This document shows positions 27,582-37,000 of a DNA stretch of 59,282 nt, in pieces. The stretch's first letter is position 1. Each line of letters begins with the position of its first letter. The notes under the pieces were generated by a model. That model was not told where the DNA came from and did no database searches. It saw only the letters and a list, made by a program, of their open reading frames with translations. Position numbers and translations under genes: made by a program. The stretch is from a virus. Lineage: Duplodnaviria > Caudoviricetes. Location of the stretch: positions 1-59,282 of the IMG/VR virus record IMGVR_UViG_3300047560_000851; one strand, 5' to 3'.

Positions 27582-29204
27582 ATGTTAATCCGAATTGCCA
27601 ATTTTTCAGGGATAGCCCCACAAGCAGATCCTCACCTGTTAGCGGACAATCAAGCGCAAGTAGCTGTGAACTGCAGATTCATGGGTGGTGTGGTTAATTC
27701 GTTTAAAGCACTTCGTGTGATTACAACAGATCCTGTACCTGGAAGAGCTAAGTCTATTTATCGTTTTGCTCAAGCTGAACCTGATGAGGCTAAATTCTGG
27801 TTTACGTTTTCAACAGATACAGACGTAGCTAAGTCTCAAATCGCTGCCGATACATCAGAACGCACATATTGCACTAACGGAACACTTCCGTTCAAAACAG
27901 ATTACACACTTGCTGTAGGCGGCTCTGGGTCGACATACCCTCATGCTTCATACCAAACAGCAATTCCTGCGCCTACAACAACACCAGTGACAACGATTCA
28001 CTCAGGTACGGGTACAGGCACAGCAGAAACTAGATATTACATTTATACTTATGTTTCGTCTTGGGGTGAGGAATCACTACCATCTTCTGCATCTTTACCA
28101 TTAGATGTATTATCGGGTCAGACTGTTCGAGTTTCAGCAATGGCGCCGCCTACGACGGGTAACTACAACATTACTAAGATTCGGATTTACAGAACAGCAA
28201 CGGGTGCAAATGCAGCTGATTACCAGTATGTGACCGAAGTTCCAGTGGCTACTACCATTTATGACGACTCTGTAATTCAGTCTAACCTAGGTGAAGTTTG
28301 CCCATCCATTGACTATGACGCACCACCAAATGCACTGCAGGGGTTAATTAACTTACCTAACGGTATTCAAGCCGCGTTCTTAGGAAACGATGTATATTTC
28401 AGTGCCCCATACCGACCATTTACATTCCCGTCTAAATACATATTGGCGTTGGATTACCCTATTGTGGGTCTTGGCGTTTTTGGTACTAATCTAATTGCGG
28501 TTACTAAAGGTAATCCTTATGTAATTACAGGTATCAGCCCTGATGCGATGTCGTCACAGAAGATGGATTTACAACAATCCTGCGTATCAAAACGATCTAT
28601 CGTAAGCATGGGTTACGGTGTTGTTTACGCATCACCTGATGGTCTTGTACTTGTATCTGATACTGCATCATTACTAACCATTAAGAATTATTCTAAGCGC
28701 GAATGGCAGGAATTTAACCCAGAAACAATTACTGCGTGTCAGTACGAAGGTAGATACTACGCGTTCAAATCAACAGGTGGCGGTATTATCGTGGAACCTA
28801 ACGATGTTGCTGCGCTTATCACACAACATAACTTGACAGTCTCCGCAGTATTTAATGACTTGCAACGCGATGGATTGTACCTTGCAGGTGACGGAAATAT
28901 CAGCCGTTGGGATGACGCTGTTGATGGAACATATCTATCGTATCAGTGGAAGAGTAAAGTATTTGAAACACCGCACCAAACTAATTTTGCGTGGGGTCAA
29001 GTACTCGTATCAGATGCGCTACCTGTGACATTTAAAGTGTACGCAGATCACGTACTGAAGTTTACTAAAACAGTAACAAACGATACACCGTTCAGACTAC
29101 CATCTGGCTTCAAGGCTAAGTACTGGGAAGTAGAAGTGACAGGCACAGGCGCTGTCCGTGGAATTTTACTAGCGAACACTATTGAGGAGTTGCGCAACGT
29201 ATGA
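27582..29204 (+). CDS. Tail tubular protein B / nozzle
   Basis: I.NFSGIAP, A..AVNC, RYYIYTYV..WGEES.PS, SCVSKRSIV, WKSKVF, FRLPSG. Confidence 0.75.
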   Translation: MLIRIANFSGIAPQADPHLLADNQAQVAVNCRFMGGVVNSFKALRVITTDPVPGRAKSIYRFAQAEPDEAKFWFTFSTDTDVAKSQIAADTSERTYCTNGTLPFKTDYTLAVGGSGSTYPHASYQTAIPAPTTTPVTTIHSGTGTGTAETRYYIYTYVSSWGEESLPSSASLPLDVLSGQTVRVSAMAPPTTGNYNITKIRIYRTATGANAADYQYVTEVPVATTIYDDSVIQSNLGEVCPSIDYDAPPNALQGLINLPNGIQAAFLGNDVYFSAPYRPFTFPSKYILALDYPIVGLGVFGTNLIAVTKGNPYVITGISPDAMSSQKMDLQQSCVSKRSIVSMGYGVVYASPDGLVLVSDTASLLTIKNYSKREWQEFNPETITACQYEGRYYAFKSTGGGIIVEPNDVAALITQHNLTVSAVFNDLQRDGLYLAGDGNISRWDDAVDGTYLSYQWKSKVFETPHQTNFAWGQVLVSDALPVTFKVYADHVLKFTKTVTNDTPFRLPSGFKAKYWEVEVTGTGAVRGILLANTIEELRNV

Positions 29205-30340
29205 CCATTACCTCAGTACCTCAGATACCTGTTGTCCCTGGCAGCACAGACCCTGCGCTCACTAAATTTCTGCAAGCGATTCGTGAGACGTTATTAGTAC
29301 GAGAAGGACAGAAGGGTAATATCCTAGATTCTTCCGTGACCTTCCGTGACCTTGTGGACGCAGGTGTTGCTGTATCTAGTCTATATACGCCTAACCCAAA
29401 TACATTGCCTGTTGTGGATGCAGCTGCAGTATCTGATTTAACTCCGCCTCCAACGCCGACGAATGTAACAATTGCTGCAGGTATCTCCAATGTAATGATT
29501 TCGTGGGATATTCCTACTACTAGGTCTAACCTGTCTTACGTTAAGATCTGGAGATCAGGGAATAGTTTATTTAGTAATGCTACCTTAATCGGTACAGGCT
29601 CTGGTAATTTCTACGTTGACTACGCGGTTACGGAAGGGTCTCCATATCATTATTGGCTTCAATCTGTCAGTATTGCAAACGTAGACGGTACTCTTGTAGC
29701 GGTTGGTTCAGCGACACCTGCGACAGATCCATCTGGAGCATTAACACAGTTAAAAGCCTATGGAGTCAAAGGGCTTCCTTATTACTATTTACCAACAGAT
29801 GTGACCATCAATGGCGTAACGCTACATGCAGGTACTTACATGTGGGACGCAGTTATTGGTACGGCAGCTATTGGTACAGCCCAGATTAAAGACGCGTCGA
29901 TTACCAACGCAAAGATTGCATCGCTTACCGCGGATAAGATTACATTTAACCAAGCTGCTGGTCAGATTCTAACTGCTGCAGTAATCAATGGTGCTGTCAT
30001 TACAGGTACCACAAGTATCAGTGCCCCAACTATTACGGGTGCGGCAATATCGACGACTACATTATCTTCTAGTACGATTAACAGTACGATTATTAACGGC
30101 GGGGAAATTTATGTTCCTAGTGCCGCTAGCTGGAGATTTAAAGTAGATTCTGCCGGTAATCTGGAAGCAACGAACGTTAACCTAACAGGTAATATCAATG
30201 CAACCTCTGGTACATTTTCTGGCACACTGAACGTTAAATCAGCAGCGTCTGGCGCGCGCCTTGAGATATACAACAATGTAATTAAGGTATTTGATTCCGC
30301 TGGTACACTACGCGTTAAATTAGGAGACCTATCGGCATGA
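29201..30340 (+). CDS. Tail spike/host-specificity protein (FnIII-like plus DUF1983-like C-terminus)
   Basis: PPPTPTNV...W, I..A.I repeats, terminal VFD..G.LRVKLG. Confidence 0.7.
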   Translation: MTITSVPQIPVVPGSTDPALTKFLQAIRETLLVREGQKGNILDSSVTFRDLVDAGVAVSSLYTPNPNTLPVVDAAAVSDLTPPPTPTNVTIAAGISNVMISWDIPTTRSNLSYVKIWRSGNSLFSNATLIGTGSGNFYVDYAVTEGSPYHYWLQSVSIANVDGTLVAVGSATPATDPSGALTQLKAYGVKGLPYYYLPTDVTINGVTLHAGTYMWDAVIGTAAIGTAQIKDASITNAKIASLTADKITFNQAAGQILTAAVINGAVITGTTSISAPTITGAAISTTTLSSSTINSTIINGGEIYVPSAASWRFKVDSAGNLEATNVNLTGNINATSGTFSGTLNVKSAASGARLEIYNNVIKVFDSAGTLRVKLGDLSA

Positions 30341-31461
30341 CGATGGGTTTGCAGTGCTATAGTTCCACGGGGCAGATCCAGTTGGATACTGCCCAATTCT
30401 CTCCTTGTCTTGTCGATGTATTTTCTACGACAGCAGGGACTAACGGCGGCGGGGCAGGTTCTAAAAGTTATCCTGAATATGCTGGATGTACTGTTGAGAT
30501 TTACATCACAGGGAACGGGGCAGATCCGATGTGGGATGGACAGTATGCAGTGCAAAATAGCATCACTGTGGACTATGCATTAGGGTACCCAAGAATATCA
30601 TGGGGTAACTTATCTTCTAGTTGGTGGAATGCTAGTTTGCGTATGCCGCCGTCGTATGTATATGTCTTGATTTTAACTAGGCCTGCATCGACGCTACAGC
30701 AAGGTGTTCAAGCGACAAGTGATTATAACAACGAAATTATCACGTATTCAGAATACAACAATCTTCACTTTATAGGTAAAGCAACCTATACGGGCGGTGG
30801 TCAGTTCTACACCTATCAGTACCTAACTAGTTACTATAGAACGTACACAATTACATCACCGTCGCTACCTATTATATTTATCAGCGACGCGGGCGGAAGT
30901 GTAGCTAGTGTCTGGAGTATAACGCAGTCAGGAAGTACGTACACCATTAAAGTAGCAACGGATGGAGCTACTCCGGTGTTGTATTGTTTTGCGGCACTAA
31001 CAGCAACAAGTATTGCGGAGCCAGGGGCATACGGTATGGCTATTTATAAATCAGATGGTACGTTAGCCATGGATTCAACAGCAAAACCATTGTGTGCCAA
31101 AGGATACGCAACATTAGTAGATGCAGGGGCAGGATATTCAGTAAGTCCGCCAGGGTATAGTTCTTCCCCAACCCCAACATCTGCGACAGCGCTATCCTAT
31201 GTGGGAGTGGTACCAACAAATGGCGCCTATATGGCGACAGCCACAATGTTCAGAGGTTTTGAGTATTTCGATTCAGGCCGTGGATATTATTATATTTCAA
31301 GTAATTATCTCGCATGCTATAGGTCGGGATCAACGTACTATTCTAAGTATTTAAAAATATCAGGCAACGGTCCTTACGGGTACAACACGATATGGCCTAT
31401 ATCATCGAATACTGGAATGTCGTCCAGAATGTATGTAATTGACCGTGCGGCGTATGATTAA
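30337..31461 (+). CDS. Tail tip-associated protein
   Basis: MTMGLQCY...G.I.LD N-terminus; Tyr/Ser-rich; ATGA-coupled to the upstream gene. Confidence 0.6.
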   Translation: MTMGLQCYSSTGQIQLDTAQFSPCLVDVFSTTAGTNGGGAGSKSYPEYAGCTVEIYITGNGADPMWDGQYAVQNSITVDYALGYPRISWGNLSSSWWNASLRMPPSYVYVLILTRPASTLQQGVQATSDYNNEIITYSEYNNLHFIGKATYTGGGQFYTYQYLTSYYRTYTITSPSLPIIFISDAGGSVASVWSITQSGSTYTIKVATDGATPVLYCFAALTATSIAEPGAYGMAIYKSDGTLAMDSTAKPLCAKGYATLVDAGAGYSVSPPGYSSSPTPTSATALSYVGVVPTNGAYMATATMFRGFEYFDSGRGYYYISSNYLACYRSGSTYYSKYLKISGNGPYGYNTIWPISSNTGMSSRMYVIDRAAYD

Positions 31462-31465
31462 CGTA

Positions 31466-31494
31466 TTTACAATGTGTCTGTTTTATGTTATAAG
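31466..31494 (+). promoter_or_regulatory. sigma70 promoter for the ejection-protein operon
   Basis: TTTACA-17 nt-TATAAG with a TG extension. Confidence 0.65.
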
Positions 31495-31519
31495 ACATTA
31501 AATTTCAGGAGTACTAATT

Positions 31520-32338
31520 ATGGGTTTATTCAGCAGCTTGTTTGGGGATAATAGCGGTTCAAAAGCAGCCGCCGCAGCGATGCGGGAAAATCTTGCGTAT
31601 ATCAAAGAGCAAGCTGCTAAAGACCAAGCCGCACGAAATGAAATCCTTACAGGATTACAACCATACGTTAGTACCGCAAATACGCTAGATACTGAGTTAG
31701 CGTCCAATGCTTTATCTGACGCAGCGACGGCAAGAACCCGAGGCAATACGCTGTGGGATCAATACATGACTTCGGTCGTTCCCGTTCAGTCCCAGTTCTA
31801 TAAAGAAGCATTAGACTATGGTGGTCTAGCAGACCAAGAACGCGCTGCGGGTATGGCTACCTCTGATGTTCGACAACAATATGCTATTCAAAAGGGTATC
31901 GATGAACGCGCGCTTGAAGCTATGGGTGTAAATCCAAACTCAGGTCGTTTTGCTTCAGCGAACAGAGCCGCGGAATTAGCTGCAATGGCTGCAGCTGCTG
32001 GTGGCGCTACACGAGCTAGGTCTATGGCTAGAGATACAGGCGTACAACTCCGAAAAGAAGCAACTTCAATCGGTCAGAACTTAATTCCAGGTACTCAAAA
32101 CTTTGGCAATCAAGCACTAAACTTCGGAACTCAAGCATCTTCTTCTATCGCTAATCCTGTAGTTCGCGGTCTCCAGTTAGGTCAATTTAAGGTTGGCGGT
32201 ACTGCTAACGCGATGAACGCAGTTTCAGGTGCAGCTTCTAATTATGCAAATACTTTAGCCAATACAGATACAACCGGAATATTCCCAACACTTGCGGGTG
32301 TGGGTACGGCTTGGGCTTTGAATAAGTACATTAAGTAA
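31520..32338 (+). CDS. Internal virion (ejection) protein
   Basis: Ala/Gly-rich; MGVNPNSGRF; position. Confidence 0.7.
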   Translation: MGLFSSLFGDNSGSKAAAAAMRENLAYIKEQAAKDQAARNEILTGLQPYVSTANTLDTELASNALSDAATARTRGNTLWDQYMTSVVPVQSQFYKEALDYGGLADQERAAGMATSDVRQQYAIQKGIDERALEAMGVNPNSGRFASANRAAELAAMAAAAGGATRARSMARDTGVQLRKEATSIGQNLIPGTQNFGNQALNFGTQASSSIANPVVRGLQLGQFKVGGTANAMNAVSGAASNYANTLANTDTTGIFPTLAGVGTAWALNKYIK

Positions 32339-32347
32339 GGATTAACT

Positions 32348-34027
32348 ATGGCTAACCAATTTGCGAATAAATTCCAACAAGGGCTTTCAATCGGTCAAGG
32401 GCTTATGGATGCCTACGAAAAAGCTCAGATGCGTAAAGAATTAAAAGCTGCTAATGCGCTTCAACAAGAACAACAAACGCTAGGCGTTAACGCTCCTGAA
32501 GCTGGTGCAGTTCCTGCAGGTTACGAAGGCTACCTTACTCGCGATACACAAACAGGCGCATTTCGTCCTGTAGCTAACGCAGAAACTAACCCAGAAGATT
32601 ACGCGCAACAAGGTGTAATGGCAGAACGCTTTAATGCCCCTGGCGCTTTTGCTGGTCAAAAGACTTCATACTCATTAGGCGATGTAACTCGCGAAACTCC
32701 ATTTAGCCCAGAAGACATCACTACTGCAAAGATGGAACGTAAGGCTGACATCTACTCAAACTATGGTCATGAAGACCTAGCAGAACAAATGCGTACTAAT
32801 GCACTTGCTCGTAAATCAGCCGCATTACAAATTAAAAAACTTCAATCAGAAGTTGACGACGCTGCGGAATTCAAAAAAGATATGGGTCTTGCAACTACTA
32901 TGATGCGTTCTGCTGCTGATGTTGCAGGTCAGGCTAAACAGTTGATGGACTCTGGTGACAGAGAAGGCGCTGCAAGACTTATTGCAGATTGGCGCTCAAA
33001 GAATGTGCCTGACGACAAGATGATCCGTGTGAACGAAAATGGTTTACTTGAGGGTTCTAAAGACGGCGGCAAGACATGGGTTCAGGCAGCAGGTGCTGTG
33101 GGTAATGTGTACAATCCTAAGGTGGTTGAAGGCATGTTATCTGAAGTGACTAATAGTGCCGATGAGCATTTAAACCGTATCATGTTCAAGCATGCTAAAT
33201 CTCCAGAAGCGTTGAGCCAAATGCTAACCGCAACTAAAGAATTGGCTATCCGCGAAAAAACACTTGACGAAAACAAACGTCAGTTTGGTATTACCACAGG
33301 TCTTACTGAACGTAAAATTGGTATTGAAGAACGCCAAGGCGACGAAAAAATCAGACTTATGGATAAAGAGCTTGCGCAAAAAGGCTTGCTTATTCCTTCT
33401 GAAATTCAAAAGAACCTTGGTATCGGCGCACACTACCGTACCGCTAACGCACTTCAAGATTATCAACTTGCTAACATTAAAGGGTTCGACGCTGAGAAAA
33501 CAGCGATTATCAAAGACCTCGATGCAGGTAAGATTGATAAGAAGACAGCGCAAGAGCGCCTCAATATGGCTGGTCTTAAATTCGGTGGCAAACTTACAGA
33601 ATCAAAAGAGATTACATCTACTGCACTAAAAGACATCGAAGAGATTGCAGGTAATCGCTATCCAGATTGGGCTAAAATGCCTGAAGCTAAAAAAGCGGAA
33701 GTTCGTGCAGGTATTAAAGCCGAGATGGGTTACGGTAGCGGTGCGGCTCCAGTTGATTACATGTCAGTTGTATCAGCAGATAAAGGTGCGGCTCCAAATG
33801 CACCAGCTCCATCTAAAGGTCTTACCCCAGTACAAGGCGGGACATTAGAAAAACGTCAGCAAGCTAAAGCGCTATTAGATTTTGCTAAGGGTGAAAGCGA
33901 TATTACTGGTTTAGTTCGTTCAAATGAAGGCGTTAAAGCTATTCAGGATGCAGCAACTCTGATGCAAGGAGATCCATACTTCGATATAATGTATAGAAAT
34001 ACTGGACTTCAACCATTAGGGCGCTAA
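32348..34027 (+). CDS. Internal virion (ejection) protein
   Basis: Helical 559-aa protein; F..G...G N-terminus. Confidence 0.7.
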   Translation: MANQFANKFQQGLSIGQGLMDAYEKAQMRKELKAANALQQEQQTLGVNAPEAGAVPAGYEGYLTRDTQTGAFRPVANAETNPEDYAQQGVMAERFNAPGAFAGQKTSYSLGDVTRETPFSPEDITTAKMERKADIYSNYGHEDLAEQMRTNALARKSAALQIKKLQSEVDDAAEFKKDMGLATTMMRSAADVAGQAKQLMDSGDREGAARLIADWRSKNVPDDKMIRVNENGLLEGSKDGGKTWVQAAGAVGNVYNPKVVEGMLSEVTNSADEHLNRIMFKHAKSPEALSQMLTATKELAIREKTLDENKRQFGITTGLTERKIGIEERQGDEKIRLMDKELAQKGLLIPSEIQKNLGIGAHYRTANALQDYQLANIKGFDAEKTAIIKDLDAGKIDKKTAQERLNMAGLKFGGKLTESKEITSTALKDIEEIAGNRYPDWAKMPEAKKAEVRAGIKAEMGYGSGAAPVDYMSVVSADKGAAPNAPAPSKGLTPVQGGTLEKRQQAKALLDFAKGESDITGLVRSNEGVKAIQDAATLMQGDPYFDIMYRNTGLQPLGR

Positions 34028-34030
34028 TCC

Positions 34031-37000
34031 ATGCCATCAATAAATGATATTCGTAAGGCCAATCCTGGAGTATATGGCGGACTCACAGACTTTGAAATTG
34101 TAGACCGTTTATCCCAGCTCACTGGCAGACATCCTGACGCAATCGGATATGACTTAGGTGTTGCACCACGTAACGCTCCGGGTGCTATTACTGCGTTTAA
34201 AGGTAGTATGGGCGGAATTGCTGAAGGTGTTGGTCAGCTAGCTGGCGATATTACAGGTGGCGCATTACGAGATAACGCATTAGAGCGATATGGTCGAGAA
34301 GTTCAGCAACGCAATCCAATGGATATTACAGAGGGCGCTTCAGAAAGCGCCTTAGCTAATTTAGGTACTAACCTAATGGAGCGTCCAGGAAATGTTGTTG
34401 GTCAGGTTATCGGCGGTTCTATTGGATATATTACTCCAGGCGGTGTCGCTAAAGCAGGTCTAGGAGCATATCGTGGACTTCGTGGTATTCAAGCATTAGA
34501 AGCTGCATCTACAGCCACAAGAGCTGCTAAAGCTACAGGCACAGCCGCATACTTCGGTCTTCCTTCTTACGCACAAATCCGTACAGAACAAGAGAAACAA
34601 GGGCAGAATGAACTATCTGACATCTTAAAAGCAGGTATTGCTTCTACAGCAGTTGGCGGTATTGAAACTATTGCTGGTCCTGAAGCTATGTTAGCTCGGG
34701 GCGGCGTTAAAGGTTTAGGCGACGCTGGCAAAACATTCCTACGCACAGGTCTTAAACAAGGCGCGATGGAAGCTGGCGAAGAGCTTATGCAAAACCCAAT
34801 CGAGAATTGGGCGATGGGTCAAAATCCATTCAGCCGTGAGAATATCGATCAAACTCTTGCAGGTGCCGCAGCTGGTTTCGTAGGTGGTGGCGTTATGGGT
34901 TCTGCTATGCATCCATTGATGCGCAAGGCAGACGAGCAAGTAAGAACTAACTTAGAGTCTCGTAACTCGGTAGACATCCTTAACGAGCAACCTCGCACAA
35001 ACATTTCTCAAGCGCAAGATCGTATTAATTCAGGTCGCAATCTACCGCAGCTGGGTTTAGAGACTCAACCAGTACTAACTGTTACTCCGACAGGTGATGT
35101 ATTAACTACACCAGAACAAATTGATGCATGGGGTCAATTCGGCAAGAACCAAAAACAAGTTGGCGTTTCTGACGGTGAAGCAGTTCTAGTTAAACCATTG
35201 TCTATCGACGAAGCTAAGACTCGTAAGGATATTAGACTTGCTCTCGACCGCGAGTTTGCTCAAGGTAACATTTCAGAAGACCAGCATATTGAAGCTACAA
35301 ATGTAGTAGATACGCGCGGTAAATGGAACCTTTCAAAAGTTAAAGAAAATATCCGCGGCATTATCAAACCTGCGGACGAAGTAGCTGTAGCAGAAGACCA
35401 ACCAACACTAGCTAAATCAGTAAAAACTGGTGAAGGTCTAGACCTTGCTGCACAAAAAACACAGCCTGTAGGTATTGCCCGTGACGCTACTCCTGATGAA
35501 GTTGTGCGCTATAAAGACAAGATGGCAGGTATGCTACGTCAAGCGCTCACAGAAAAACAATTCCAAGCACTACAACTTACACGCGGTATCCGTAACTTTG
35601 AAGATTCTGGCTGGAAGATTGACCCAGAAACAGGCGAAGAGATGGTTCCAATGTCAGCAACTGTTGCTGGCAGAATGTCTAACTCGTCACGTCAAAATGC
35701 AAATGAGCATGCGAATAAAGGTTTAACTCGTTTACACAAACGCGCTTTTGAACTAGGTATTCCTGCAGACGCTGCAGAACGTATCCTTGGTATCCAAGGC
35801 GAACAAGCAATTGATGTAGGCACAATGTCTGAAGCTCAAGCTGCGCAAGCAGGGTTATCTTATCGTCGTGAGCAAGGCGCACCTATCAGCGCTATGTCAG
35901 AATCAGAAGATTTGGATACGACAGCGGAGAACTTCCAGCCAGAAACATACATTGCACCAGAAGTTGGATTTACTGCTCCTGAAGCTGTTATGGCAGAACA
36001 GGCACAGACCGAAGGGTTTGAAGCTCCTGCACAAGCGGCTGAAGTAGAGACACCAGTAGAAGAAACTGTCGGGTATGAACAAGACTTTGATTTATCTGCA
36101 AATGACTATGAAGACGCTAAAGACGTTTGGGAAATGCTCCAAGCTGAATTGGCTAAAAACGGTCAGGCAGTCCCAAATTGGGAAGATGTATCAGCTGCTG
36201 ATTTCCAGAAGTTCGCTGCAGCGACTAAGTATCACTTAAACAATCCGCAAGGCGCTGCTTCTATGGCAGCAATTACAAAGGCACAGGAGGCCGCGTATGG
36301 CACGACAACACAACCTAGCACTGCTGGACAAGTTGGCACCGCAGCAGAAACAAAAGCTGGTGAACCTAATGTTGGAAATCGCCAAGAAGCAAAACCAACC
36401 ACTCGTAGAGAAAAACCCACTGAGAGTACAGCAAGCGTAAAACGCTCTCAAGCCGAACGCCCAGAGAATCCAGCTAATGCTGTAAGCATGAAAGCTAAAC
36501 TCAAAAGGTTATTTTTCTCTCCAGCTAAGTTCGATGAACTTATTACCATTGTCCAAAATACAAACGAACTACCACTTAACGCAGTGAGAGCTGCTAAATT
36601 ATCCGCAGATGATACTACAGCACAAGCATTTGTTTGGCGCGGTCATGTTTATATGATTGCAGATAATATCGCTCAAGGCGATGAGCTTGCTGTATTGATG
36701 CACGAACTTGGTGTACATATTGGTGTGATGAACGCCTTAGACATTAAGACTATTCGCGATTTGGCGGGTCAGATTGTTGAGTGGAACCGTAACGATAATG
36801 GTTCAGTAGAATTCCAAGCCGCGCGTAATGCGATGGCAAGGCTTACGTCATACAAGAAGGGTCTTGAAGAACAAGGCGAAACTATCGAAGATGATTTATA
36901 CGCAGAGGAAGCTGTTGCGTACTTTGTTGAAGAGGCTGTTAAATTAGGTGTAAACCCTACAGCTATTGGCGAAGCTAAAGCAGGTACTATCCAATCATGG